From contig NW_018408658.1 in NCBI RefSeq assembly GCF_002113885.1, forward strand, positions 267,972-331,971: a DNA stretch of 64,000 nt, written 5' to 3'. How positions within the stretch are numbered: the first letter of the stretch is position 1; each line of letters opens with the position of its first letter. Of the stretch, positions 37,605 through 51,100 are shown in pieces. A program made the translations under genes and the position numbers. This DNA is from Mizuhopecten yessoensis. Lineage: Eukaryota. The notes under the pieces were generated by a model. The model did not search any database. It saw only the letters and a program-made list of their open reading frames with translations, and was not told the origin of the DNA.

Positions 37605-38600
37605 TTTAGATTAGATTTAGATTTTTATTAACACTCAAGACACATAGTATGTGTTACATGAGGAAATAAAGTTGCAGATATGGAAAATGAAGTACAATAA
37701 CTGAAAGAATGGACAGTTCCATTTAGAACCGGTACGGTATAGTAACATGATATGACATACAATGGAAAATACATAGCAAACATAAATAAACATACATATA
37801 ATTCCCAAGTTATATAACTATTAACAGTTATACATATGCATCATTCACAAAAGAGGAGCCATTTTGGTAAGGAAAATAGATAAACCTGTCAGAACTCGTT
37901 GATTGCATAATGATAAAAGACCTTTAAACTTGTAAATATTTGTGTGTGTACATTAATAACGAGGAATATATTTGTTACATAAGGTGGATATAGTTATATT
38001 ATTGCATTCAAATAGATAATGAAATTCATCCCGGACACTTTCGGCGCACAAATTACATAGTCGATTATCTCGGGGTATGTTATATACCAACTACCTGTTT
38101 CAATGCGGAACTTCAAATTCGAAGTGCGCAGTTTTGTTATTGGTGTTCTAATATGTTCTGGTAAATTTAATAAATATTTTTCTATACCAAATTCCGTTTT
38201 AAATAGAGTGAGTACTGCCCACGAGATGAGCTATAGTAATGTCATCGAACCATTGCTGTACAAAATGATCAATAAGCCGTTGTTTTAACATGCATTTGTA
38301 AAATCCATCAGGCATCTGTAATTCATTATCAAATATGTAAGAAAATCCCGTTTCATTGAAAATGCCTTTTATATAGTTAACCCATTTGAACGGCAGAGTA
38401 TCATCGTTTTGCAAATGTAAAGCCAGTCGTAGTAATATGCTGCTGAGTTTGTTTTCATTACTAATTATTCTATTCCAAAAACCTAGCATTCTTAGTTTAA
38501 CATTTATTTCCAATGGCACACGACCCTATAGCTCGCCATAAATCATAAAATTAGGCGTTGTAGATCTCACTTTAAGAATTCTTTTACAAAACTTTATAAA
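37605..38600 (-). mobile_element. Decayed LINE 3' portion, same general type as 6480-7440
   Basis: RSTTPNFMIYGEL, PLEINVKLRMLGFWNRI...LKQRLIDHFVQQW, followed by IETG..., CNLC...DEFHYLFEC; short-repeat tail near 37605. Confidence 0.85.
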
Positions 38601-39140
38601 CTACATCTACATGTACTTAGATAAGTATATGATCAATACACTTTTCTGGTAAGAAACGTTTTATTACGTTCATATGAATTGAAAGTTCTGTTATCATTAC
38701 AACTGAACAGTTTTAGATTCGAATCAAAGCGATGTATGCATCGGTGTGAGCAATGGGCCCGTATCGAGCCCCACCGATAGACGTGATGTTTGAAAGCCGT
38801 ATACGCGTGTATAGCGACGTACAGAGTGGTTTAAACTCGCAGACGTCTGTTAACAGTGTTCGGGAAGTTTCAAACAAATCTCTTTACTCATGTGTATGAT
38901 GTTCTATTGTGTGATAAACAAAGGGTATGGTTTTAACTGGTGTCGTAATTGTTTTTCTATAAGTTTTCGTTGATTTAAAAGTCAAATCCGATAGTCAAAC
39001 TAAGTATTTTGTTTCTTCAATTTCCAGCTTCCTCATCTCCAGTCGTATTACAACCCATACTTCAAAAAGTGAAGAACTGGAATATCGAATAGCATAATTA
39101 ATGACGTCATACTGATGCTACATCCTGAAACTTTTAACAC

Positions 39141-39490
39141 GACAAGAGCTTACCAAGGGCGCCTATAGATTCACAGCCCAAAATGTCTATCTGAAAAGAG
39201 CTTGCCAAAGGCGCCTATATAGAATCACAGCCCAAAAATGTCTATCTGACAAGAGCTAACCAATGGCGCCTATAGAATCACAGCCCAAAAATGTCTATCT
39301 GACAAGAGCTTACCAATGGCGCCCATAGAATCACAGCCCGAAAATGTCTATCTGACAAGAGCTTACCAATGGCGCCTATAGAATCACAGCCCAAAAATGT
39401 CTATCTGACAAGAGCTTACCAAAGGCGCCTATGGAATCACAGCCCAAAATATCTATCTGACAAGAGGTTACCAAAGGAGCTTACAGAAAC
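39141..39490. repeat. Intronic tandem repeat, 53-bp unit, about 6.5 copies
   Basis: Unit GACAAGAGCTTACCAATGGCGCCTATAGAATCACAGCCCAAAAATGTCTATCT. Confidence 0.95.
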
Positions 39491-39704
39491 ACAGCAAACA
39501 AAACAAACTTGAGAGAAGAAAAACAGAGAGGGGTCCCGAGTGCCCTCTAAGCAGAAGACACAGAGAAAAACCAAAACGGGGGAGGCATAAGTCGCCTCAA
39601 ACAAAATACAGTGGGATGTAGCAGGCCAATGTTTTCCCGAGCCTGCACAGGTGCAGTGTGCAGACGTTAACTTACTATAGTCCTATATGTAAATGTGTAC
39701 CTAC

Positions 39705-39891
39705 CTTTGTAATGTGGCGTGAATTCCTTCATATTTTCGGGTAGGTTCTGATAAAACTGGAACTCCCGCTCCTGGTACGGTTTACATATTGTTTCCTGTG
39801 TGATTTCAAACAAGCACGTGTGACCACCGACTTGGTGGACAAAGGGTTTGAGTATCACTAGCTGGTCATCATTCTTGTAATACGTCATCAT
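39705..39891 (-). CDS. IP6K: Inositol hexakisphosphate kinase first coding exon
   Basis: MMTYYKNDDQLVILKPFVHQVGGHTCLF...ICKP...REFQFYQNLPENMKEFTPHYK (PFxHQVGGH motif); GTAGG donor at 39704; CAG acceptor at 39912-39910. The start codon (39891 or 39888) is inferred. Exon sum is 1125 nt, or 374 aa. Confidence 0.92.
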
Positions 39892-42800
39892 ACAGAACAC
39901 CTCGCATACCTGGGGGGAATAAAACATACAAAATGTAGATATCGATATAAAAACAAATATGTTTCTTAAACCCGTTCACAGAGGGTCCCTAATAAGGCAA
40001 GTTACCTATAGTACATTTGTTCACCAACAACTTAGGTTTATGGTGAGAAACCGTGTCGGGGTGAGAAATCGTGTATAATGGTTTTGTTCGCAACACGGTT
40101 CCTCACCCCTACCAATATCTTACTCAAGTGAGAAATCGTGCAAAACATATGGGCATATGTGACGTTTTCTCTCAACAGACCAGCCTATCTCAATTGGGGT
40201 TTAGTCAGATGGAATTTCATCCGTGGTGTTTTTCGAGTAAACTTTATTTCACAACAATGAAACAGTTTTTTTGTCAACGTACATTAATGAGGTAACAACA
40301 ATTACTCAGATTCCAGTGGCTAAGGTAACTTACGGAACAAAGGACACGGACTGTCAATACAACATGAACCTATTAAAACAGGTCCGATGGTCAAACTTTT
40401 AACAGACTTGTGTTTCAATATGTACTTAACATCCATATTGAAAGGCGATGTGTACAGCGTATGTAAGTAGCTCCGGTATATGACGTCACTGTTTTGATGC
40501 CCCTTCCTTTTTTAGGTTATACTCTTGTAAATTGTCAATTATCGTGGTATAACCAAAATACATGTATATACTCATTCTAATCTTACAAAGAATTTGTATC
40601 CTATGCCTTTCTCATTTTCGTTATTTATTTCATAGTTCAGTATTTCTTCCATTTTTATTTAACGGATCGGAAAAACGTATGACCTGCATGACAGAATACA
40701 TAGTGGACAGATATGGTAATTGCTACCACTCTGTCCGTAAAAATGCTTAAGAAATTAACAAGATTGATTAAGGTGCTTATACAGTAATTATATAAAACTG
40801 TGCGCACTTTGCATAATTTCAAGTAGAAGTTTATAAACTAAAGTACACACATTTTACATTTGTACAGTCTGTATGTAATAAATTCCTTGATATAAAAATT
40901 TCAAAAATACGGAAAAGACTGTTATTTCTTTGTCAAACAACTTTAACCAATCAGAAGCTAGAATTACAAATACCGCAACAATGACGTCATCACTTTTTTA
41001 AATGTCCATGCTCGAATAGCAGCTAGGGAGTATGATGGAAAGATACAAGAAGAAAATAATCACGTTTCAAGTTGATCATAAGTTCTTGTGGTTCAGTTAT
41101 ATTGAATTTGTTATTTCTTGATGAATTAGAAGCAGTGAGTGTAACTGCAGTAGCGTATAATCGTCATAAACATAATATAGCAGCATTAACTAGTTATAAG
41201 TGTTTCCACGTGTAATTTCCATTTCCACTGATATATAGCGTATATATCAACATAACCAGAAGAAATGGCTTTCATACAGGTCATGAACGCAGTGAAGTCA
41301 GTGTCACAATGACGCTTCTCTCCCCGCCACGCATGACGACGAATCACTATAAGAATCAAACATTTAGATGACGTTAGAACTTTCCTGGAATATCGTTTGT
41401 TACAACAAAGACACTCCAAGATCTAAAATAATAGGGAATAATTCTAGTTTAAGTCACAAACAAGTATCAAGTTGGAATGTAAATCTATTCATGTAAGTAA
41501 TTACCTTGCGTTCATTGAAAACAAATCATTCAATCCTTTCGTTGATTTCAACAGAGACACATGTTTGCTGTTCTCGTTCACAAATATATACTTGGTTTAA
41601 TGTTCTGCCTAGTGGCTCCCAGTAATCGTATATTGCTATATACTATATCTACATGGCGAAGTGACTCGCTAAAATAGACAAATAACAATCCACTTAGACG
41701 TTATTGATACTGTACAGGTTGCGAAACTTACATATAGATTTCAGATCGCTGTTGGCCTGTAGATCATAATCGGCGGTGACGTCGACCTCAATTCATATAT
41801 CTAAATTGAGTCAGGTCAACGTTTCAACACGGATTTACATAGTATTTTTCTATAGTTTCACGCAGCTGTGATAAAGAAAACAGACTATTGGCGTTACCTT
41901 CCATTATTTCATGCTCGAAAGCACATTCCTTCTATTCGGATATTAAATATAAGTGCTTGCGTTCGTAAACAAAGTGTATAAAATACAGTAGAGAAAACCA
42001 GACATCGACCTCTCAAAATAGTATTCATGTTTTCTCTTGTATTTTACCATTTTACTTTGTGTTGGTCTCGCTTGATCGCCTACCGCATCAACATTTTACC
42101 ATGTAAATAAATAATCCTACATGTAAATGTTGACAATCGTTCGTTCACCCATAATGAACAAAAACATAACATACTGGGATATTCATTATACCGACAGTTG
42201 TGTATTACATAGTTATTTGGTGGAGTACATTTTGACCAGTGAGCAGTGTGTAGTAGAAAATGTGAGAATCATACATATGTACATGTACTTCGAAGGGCGC
42301 TGTATATTATGAATTACGTCAGTTGCTTAGCATATCCAATCACGGATGATTTCAAAACTCAAAACTCCGACCTCAAACACGAACAAACATATTTTGAAGA
42401 GGGAATATTATAAGAAATGTCCGACCGATCATAGAATGTGTGTATCATTGCACACTTTGAAACAAAAGTGTTGTCCTGCATAAATAATTTCTCGATCACA
42501 CAAAAACATAACGTTTTCCCCAAATTTTAGGCACGACTGGGTCATATCAGCAAAAATACCTTGAAATAGGTCCTGTATTGTTAATCGGCGGCTCCTGTTC
42601 GGGTGTGACGACCCACAACTATTAACTATAAAACTGGATCTGTGCTCGATGCAATTAAACGTTCACATATATACAAACGTATAGTTACACGAAACCAATC
42701 CCATGTGTTTGATTGGAATGCCTTTCTCCGAGGTTGAACACGGAAAGACAGTTAGTCTATCGATTCCCAGTCATTGTACTTGTGTAATCATGTGGTCAAT

Positions 42801-43209
42801 TATGTGGTCAAACACACAATGAACAACACTGGACATAGCCAAAGCAAACAATTTAACGTATGTAGGTCACTGACGGGTTAAAGTAATGCGAGGATTTAAA
42901 TGCCTCCGGAATCGTCATTACTATTGTTGTTAAGAGGTTATGTCACAGCCAAGGAGCTTACAACGTTTTCTGTGGGCTGTTATAATACAAAGGAAACTAT
43001 TTCAAATTTGATTCTAAAAAGATAGCACGAACTCTTACCTATGAAAAGATTGTTGCGCAATTCGCTACTTGAAGTTTTCCTGAATCAGAGCAGACAGAAA
43101 GAAAACAAGATGGGGTCTTTTAAATACTCAATATGGGGATTTGTTGTATAGTTAGTTTAAGGTAGGGATTCACGCTTTACCTAAAAGAGGATGAACTTTC
43201 CGTTTTGTA

Positions 43210-43765
43210 TAGCCCGAGTTTCCTCAACACCAATGACCACGACACCAGACTTAAACATTTTGATATATAGATGTCTGGTGTGGGCCCAGAGAGCACTGCT
43301 TTATGAAAACGTGGAATTCTCCGACACCGTTTGGTATCGGAGAATTATGAGGTGCTGACAACAAAAATCTACTATGACACAACACATACCTCACATCTAT
43401 CGATAAATGAACTATTTATTGATCCAAATCAGCTCTTTTTATCACCAACAGCTGCTAAATTCAGTAGAGTCTTCGATTTTTAATCGTTCAAAATTTCCAA
43501 CCTGAGCGAACGCCGTTTTTGTAGGTCATAGGCCTAGGGTGACTAATCAACAAACCGTAGTGATCCTGACCGAAAACGGAATGTGTTATTTTTGTTTAGA
43601 AGATTTCCGGACCGCGTCTTTTTGTTGATTAGTCACTCCCCAATACCAAACGGTATCGGGAGAGATTCCACGTTTTCATAATATAGCAGTGCGCTCTGGC
43701 CCCACACCAGACATCTGTCTGTCAAAATGTTTAAGTCTGTTGAGGACCAGAGGAAGTTCGGGCTA
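43210..43765. mobile_element. MITE with long (about 130 bp) imperfect TIRs and a probable 9-bp TSD (Academ- or Mutator-like)
   Basis: TAGCCCGAG...AGACTTAAACATTTTGA...AGATGTCTGGTGTGGG...TATGAAAACGTGGAAT is mirrored at 43640-43765. Flanks CGTTTTGTA / TGTTTTATA match at 7 of 9. Confidence 0.78.
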
Positions 43766-44400
43766 TGTTTTATATAACGAAGAAGAGTTACAACTTATAC
43801 GACTTGTTTATCCCTTACTATCACAGCTTTGTTATATAACAGCTCACACACCGCTCTACTGGTCATGCAACACCACTGGGAACTTCAACATGTCAAAATT
43901 TTGAATAAACCTGCAACACATAATTGTTTCTGAAATGATACAGAGAAAATAACATGAAGGTGGCAATTTGCCAATTCGAACTAGGCGGTAGTAACCTACT
44001 TTTATGATGAGGTTAAACGGGATATTATCATGTAGAATACATAAAGGTGTAACTACCAGGTACTATTTCGAAATTAAAGCTCCAGGTTTTTCTATAATCA
44101 TCCAATAAAAAAACACGTTTGTCCCTTTTCCAACTTCAGTCTCTCTAAGGAACAACTCATACAGGTGGTGAATCGGAAAAAGAATACACCTGCTGTCACC
44201 CACTGCATGATCGTAGGAGGCGACTAATGAGGGAAACCCCTTCAGAATTGGGGATTTACTTTGGAATCCTCTATTAGGGGACATAAAAACGACCAAAATA
44301 AAATTGCTGGACCCATTGCAATATCAGGGATCTTTATCTTTCTTTCTACTTCTGATTACGTTTTATTTTCCTAGCGCCTTGCTTGGCAACACCTCACTTT

Positions 44401-44790
44401 TGGCTTGATTGTTGAGCGTTCGCCCAGGTGAAGAAGGCAATGGGTTCTGTCCCCAGGCCGGGACATACCAAAGATCTTAAAAATGGTAGTTGTTATTCCC
44501 TGCTTAACGTTCAGCCTTTAGGGGAATGGCAACAACTGGTTCCCGTTGTCAATATTATGACCGGGCGAAATGCTGTGCTTGGTGCCTTCGGCATGGCATT
44601 TCAGTGAGATGGCACTATAAAGTTGGCATCAGATCCGCGCTATCACAAGGAGGCAAGCACACCAACATTCCATGTCTCCTGCATACACACATGCAAGCAC
44701 GCATACACTACACACGTGAAGGCACGTCCTTAAATGATCTTAGCTGTAATTAGGACGTTAAGCAAAATTAAACCAAACCAAACCAAACCA
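44401..44790 (+). mobile_element. SINE with Meta- and Deu-like conserved domains
   Basis: Degenerate tRNA-like head, ATACCAAAGATCTTAAAAATGGTAGTTG (Meta-like), GGCATGGCATTTCAGTGAGATGGCACTATAAAG (Deu-like), tail ACGTCCTTAAATGATCTTAGCTG...GGACGTTAAGC and (AAACC)n. Domain names are from recollection of the consensus. Confidence 0.72.
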
Positions 44791-45249
44791 CAAAGGAACC
44801 TTTTCTATTGATTCAAAAGAGAAACCCAAGTTAACGATAACCTAACCCTAGCTTTTCTTTCTGCAAATAAAGCCTAGCTTATCAATTTGGACCATTCACT
44901 CCATTCTAGTTTGGATGTGGGCACCCCTCGTTTAACAGGATAACAACTTTCCGATGCCCGTATACAGCAGATAGGTAGTGAGATGTCCAAGTTAGAGTTC
45001 GCTGCAATTTCAAATTAATGTGCAACAAATTGAAACGAGGTAAAACATCACATTCCCTGAACTACCATTGGAACACATGTTTTCATGGAAACTGAAACAA
45101 AGGTGTTATTTGTAGAATAAGACAATACCTAAATAAGCGTCTTAACAAACACCTAAGAACTGCATTGCCATTATACTGAGTATACCTTGTTGTTGTCGGT
45201 ACAGTATGTATATGTAGTTATCTAAAGCAGGTATACACAAGGTAAGACA

Positions 45250-46500
45250 ATGGACGAATACAAACTTAACAAATACTTTACTAAGATAGAAGAATGGACG
45301 CACATAAACGAAACCCGTAAAACTCGACAGCAGAATGGACACACACAAAATAACAACATACAACTCGACAGAAGAATGGACACACATAAACTAAACACAT
45401 ACAACTCGACAGGAAATACAACTCGACAGGAGAATGAACAGACACAAACTTAACACATACAACTCGACAGGAGAATGAACAGACACAAACTTAACACATA
45501 CAACTCGACAGGAGAATGGACACACACAAATTAAACACATACAACTCGACAGGTGAATGAACACACACAAACTAAACACATACAACTCGACAGGTGAATG
45601 AACACACGCAAACTAAACACACACAACTCGACAGGAGAATGAACAAACACAAACTAAACACATACAACTCGACAGGAGAATGGACACACACAAAATAAAC
45701 GCATACAACTCGACAGGTGAATGAACACACACAAAATAAACACACACAACTCGACAGGAGAATGGACACACACAAACTAAACACATACAACTCGACAGGA
45801 GAATGCACACACACAAACTAAACGCATACAACACGACAGGTGAATGAACACACACAAACTAAACACACACAACTCAACAGGAGAATGAACAGACACAAAC
45901 TAAACACATACAACTCGACAGGTGAATGAACACACACAAACTAAACACATACAACTCGACAGTAGAATGAACACACACAAACTAAACACATACAACTCGA
46001 CAGTAGAATGAACACACACAAACTAAACACATACAACTCGACAGTAGAATGAACACACACAAACTAAACACATACAACTCGACAGGTGAATGAACACACA
46101 CAAAATAAACACACACAACTCGACAGGAGAATGGACACATACAAACTAAACACATACAACTCGACAGGAGAATGGACACACACAAATTAAACGCATACAA
46201 CTCGACAGGTGAATGGACACACACAAACTTAACACATACAACTCGACAGGAGAATGAACACACACAAACTTAACACATACAACTCGACAGGAAATACAAC
46301 TCGACAGGAGAATGAACACACACAAACTAAACACATACAACTCGACAGTAGAATGAACACACACAAACTAAACACACACAACTCGACAGGAGAATGAACA
46401 CACACAAACTAAACACACACAACTCGGTAGGAGAATGGACATACACAAACTAAACACATACAACTCGATAGGTGAATGAACAAAAAAAACCTAAAAACAT
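45250..46500. repeat. Tandem repeat, 41-bp unit, about 30 copies
   Basis: Unit CAACTCGACAGGAGAATGAACACACACAAACTAAACACATA. Confidence 0.96.
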
Positions 46501-46959
46501 ACAACAGGACAGCAGTACAAAATTGACACATAATCTATCAAGACGTATTTTAACTCGGCGGGAGAATAGACGCGCATTACTAAGACAAATTGAAATACGT
46601 GAAATACTATACCGTTGAAGCACTCCCCCGCACGTGCTGGTACTGAACTTTCCCCGACAGATACTGGCTAGGCGTGTGAGGTTGTTAACGATAACCTTAA
46701 TCTGGCCTAAGTAATCAACACGTCGGATAGCAGCGGTTTTATCTGTAGCCCCAAGATACAGAAGTCCTAATAGAGGTCTACCTAACTTTGAGACTAGGCA
46801 AGCTTCACAATGGTAGAGCGCACCAGATATACGTGCGTGACGTAATCAGAATAATCCAATTCAATTTCCTGTCCACCCACATGAACATATTATTTACATG
46901 ACGCATCTATGGAAACGGCATGCTGAATGGATATATGCCATATTTAATATATGCCAAAA

Positions 46960-47795
46960 CGTTTCAAAACAGGTAAGTGTACCGCGCAAACTAAAATATA
47001 TATTAAATAGACCAACTCTTAATAAAATATACCGATCCTATATTCTTCCATTACTAGAATACTGTTGCGAGGTATGGATGGGTGTACTCTCGGTGACGCA
47101 GACAAACTAGAAAAACTTCAACTTGAGTCTGCACGGATAATCACGGGTCTACCCTCTTATTCTAGCAGAACATCTTTATACTCTGAAAGTGGATTCGAAC
47201 CCTTATCTCAGAGGAGATCTAGGAGAAAACTTCAACTATTCTACAAAATTCACAATAATTTCACGCCAACATATCTTACTTCTCTACTGTCTCCTCTTGT
47301 CTCCGAAAATTCACAATACAACCTCCGTAATGCCGATAATTATTCTCTTCCTAATTTCCGACTTCAACTTTCAAACTCATCCTTTTTCCCTTCTACAATC
47401 CGACTTTGGAACCATTTAGACCTAGACATAAGACGCAGAGTTTCACATACAGCGTTTAAGAATTCTCTCCTAAATCTTCAAAATTTATATGTTCCAAAAT
47501 ATTATCTGATTGGTGATAGAAAACTTAACATTTAACATACCAGTTTAAGAAACAGAGCTAGTACCTTAAACAATGACCTATTCCATGCAAATCTAATAAA
47601 TTTCCGACACTGTCAATGTGGTCATCCTGTAACAATTATGTACAACAAAGAATTAAATTATATCTTGAACTAAACTATTTCATTCCTCTGGACCTACAGC
47701 TGATACTTTTTGGTAGTTTGGAATTAAGCCAACAGGAAAATGAAATAATATTTCAACATACTCGGCAATATATTCTAGATTCACGTAGATTTTGA
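46960..47795 (+). mobile_element. Decayed CR1-group LINE, 3' end of ORF2
   Basis: RKLKYILNRPTLNKIYRSYILPLLEYCCEVW, DKLEKLQLESARIITGLP, SFFPSTIRLWNHL, CQCGH; frameshifts and a stop codon. Confidence 0.9.
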
Positions 47796-47802
47796 TAAAT
47801 AT

Positions 47803-48101
47803 NNNNNNNNNNNNNNNNNNNNNNNNNNNNNNNNNNNNNNNNNNNNNNNNNNNNNNNNNNNNNNNNNNNNNNNNNNNNNNNNNNNNNNNNNNNNNNNNNN
47901 NNNNNNNNNNNNNNNNNNNNNNNNNNNNNNNNNNNNNNNNNNNNNNNNNNNNNNNNNNNNNNNNNNNNNNNNNNNNNNNNNNNNNNNNNNNNNNNNNNNN
48001 NNNNNNNNNNNNNNNNNNNNNNNNNNNNNNNNNNNNNNNNNNNNNNNNNNNNNNNNNNNNNNNNNNNNNNNNNNNNNNNNNNNNNNNNNNNNNNNNNNNN
48101 N
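47803..48101. other. Assembly gap (299 N)
   Basis: Run of N. Confidence 1.
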
Positions 48102-51100
48102 CTCTGTCTCTCTGTCTCTCTCTGTGTCAGTAACACTAAACTTAATTGAAAATATTAATTAATTTAAAAATTGCCATCTTGTATATATATATTTCATTAT
48201 GTTATAGGGAAAGGGCTTTACATAAGTTGGACAACATGTGCCCAATCCCTTTTGTATATTAGATGCAAATAAAAATATGTTTAAATCAATAGGCACTACA
48301 AAAAGGGGCAATAACTCTGTAAATACACGTGCGATCGCCGGATATATGTGCAAAATTACACGTGACGGTGATTTTCTTACATAATGTCAGGATAAACAGA
48401 CGGAAATCAAAATATAAAGTGTACGGACAAGATTTTTGTAAGCTTCGTGTGGCTTATCCCTTATCTCACCCTCAAGGGGCCGTGAACGATTCTGTTTACC
48501 TACAGACTGCACGAGTCAAAGGACGAATGGGGCTTTTTACCCATTAACCAGTAACGATTGTTCCTCAATTTCAAAATTTCACCACAAATGAGTAATCCAG
48601 ATGTTCACATTGAACGTCGATCCCACAACAAATACACTTCATTGAATTCTTCAAACAGTAGTTACTTTGTATCCGCAAGCACACGTGTATTGCTTTGAAA
48701 ACGTGACTGTGACCAACCAATTTTTACATACACAAGACCAGAAAGGGTGCGTTGTGTCAGTGCGTGTTGATGTGACACCAGAGTTATATTTATCGCTATG
48801 ATTGACAGACTTTTTTTCTTCTGTTGTCAAAAGCTCACTCTGACACAAGGGCTCGGCTTACACCAAAAACGTGTACCTATACGTACTACTGTTTGTATGG
48901 TACATCAAATTAACACAGTATACTCACAGGCAGGTAAAAACAGAATAATATACACTTGTCCACAGGTTCTTCCTTTCAAAGCCCGAGAAATTTCATGTAA
49001 ATCCCCGAATACGGAAAAGGTTTCACTTCGTGCATTTAAGTAATCGAAAATAGCATCACAAGGTTACTATATATAGCATCAAATAACCATAATTGACGCG
49101 ATCATGTGTAATTGTTGATACAGATTAGTACTACAAACCACTCGGCCGGAGATATTTACCTGGCTATAAGAAGGGATCCAAATTGTGGAAATACGTGATA
49201 AGCGACTCGCATCACATCCAGCTTGTGTGTTTTGGTACGGTTTACTGTAGGTTGTGTTATCGATGGAACACCAGCTGTCGGCGATACGTACGTGTGTCAG
49301 TGTAATAACACATGAACTACAGTTATCAAACCACTTGGTAGTCTGTTCTAACAACGTGACGACGACATTCAACTTCCGTACTGTTTACACACGCACCCAA
49401 CACATGTGTGTATAGTGAGTGTACTTTCGGCTTGGTGAGTATACAACAAACCCTCAATGAAGAGTTGTGTAGGGGTGTCACGTGACCACCAATATACGTT
49501 GAGGTGTGGTCTACGGGAGGTAACTGCGAGTAGTCTGGTCGACATCTTGTATAAAGTAGCCTCCCTTGATTTCCTTTCGGATATAACATTTCGAACACTG
49601 TTGTTGATTGTGTTTAGTTTGTGTGTGTCAATTCACCTGTACAGTTGTATGTGTTTAGTTTGTGTGTGTGTCCATTCTCCTGTCCAGTTGTATGTGATCA
49701 GTCATCTTAAAGTTTTTTTCATAAGGTAGGGGTACGTTTTTATATATGATTTTACCAAAGCTGTAGTCTTAACCAACTATCGTTGTCATCAACAAGGTCT
49801 CGTTCAAAGCCAGTATCAAAATAGTTAAGGAGTAATATTGATTGAAATCAACACCTAATAAGCGTTTTTTTGTGAATTGGTAGCAAATGATCAGATTTTT
49901 AAAAAAATAATCCAAGACAGTCTTTACCGAATCCGTACAATTTAATTTCAAACCCATCAGTTCACTTATTAACATATTGATAAAACATATTGTACAATAA
50001 CTCGACAAACAATACAAAGTGGTACGAGGAGGATAAGGTGTAGTTAAATTCTCAGCTAAAAAAACAATTTTGTGAATTACGTTGTTTTAATTCTTACAAT
50101 CTCCACTTGCTCGTTTGACATCCCTTAATGACGTACGTTTTATAAGAGATACTTAGATGTACAGAATAGAGTCTTATCCTTGATGAATTCTATCTATGTA
50201 TGTTACGAGGGTAATTCTTTTTAAAGAATCATGATATTTATAGAATTTACTTGTATGTAAATTTATTACAGAATACAAAGTAAAGTGTACCCCGATAAAA
50301 AAAATAAAAATAAAAAATGACAATCAAAGAAAAGACATAAAAAGGCAAAAAAATCCATTTAATATAAATTTGATGCTCGTAAGTAAAATTGAACAATTGA
50401 ACATATCTTGATATATATCTGTAAAAATTGACATACCTGGTAGCTCTATGAGAAAATGGCAGGAGTGGCCAGGCGTTTTCATTATAAGCTGGACATTTGC
50501 CAAATATATCGCTAATGACGGGGACATGCACCTACTTATCCGAACTAGTTAGACTGTTGAGGTCCCCATAGGGTTTTACATAAATAATACATGTCAGTAT
50601 ATCTGTCTCTCCCCATGGGAGGCCTCATTTAACTGTCGCATTACAATGCAAGTGTCAAGTACATTGTATGTATTAGCGCGAGAACAAATCGAGAGCCCGG
50701 GGAGGGGGGTTACTTGGTAACTGATGTAGATTCTATCTAGGACTGACTAGTTACACACTATGTACTAATTACGTGTGAAGTCAGTTGACAAAGGACTTGG
50801 TTATTTGTACTCATATATCGCCAATAGTATGCATATATACATAAAAACAATACAATATTTAAAACATACACTATTCAATGTAAGATATTTTTGTAAATTA
50901 AATTTGATAATGATCACAATGTGGGGAGTAAAACCAAAGTAGCCAATCATTGCTGCAAATCTTCCAATATTAAAAGGACGATTTTGTTCATTTCGAGAAA
51001 TTGACAAGAGACGATGTTTTCTAAGCGTTCTTAATCAGTAATGAAGAAAAATCTCTAACTATACAATCATACGTTTTAGCGCCAGCTGTCGGTGAACTTC

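Noticed and set aside
39141-39490. Repeated TG|GTAAGC donor-like motifs on the IP6K sense strand in the 53-bp array
   Set aside because: Unlike the ABCB1 array, the unit is not derived from the adjacent exon junction and lies more than 200 nt from it; a chance match is plausible.
41500-43130. Possible non-coding upstream IP6K exons (donor-like sites near 41504 and 43038, TATTTAAAA near 43120)
   Set aside because: Short motifs alone in AT-rich DNA are insufficient without transcript evidence.
45142-46364. Cys/Val-rich ORFs on the - strand
   Set aside because: Artefacts of the 41-bp CA-rich tandem repeat.
47753-48136. ORFs containing long X runs
   Set aside because: They span the N gap.
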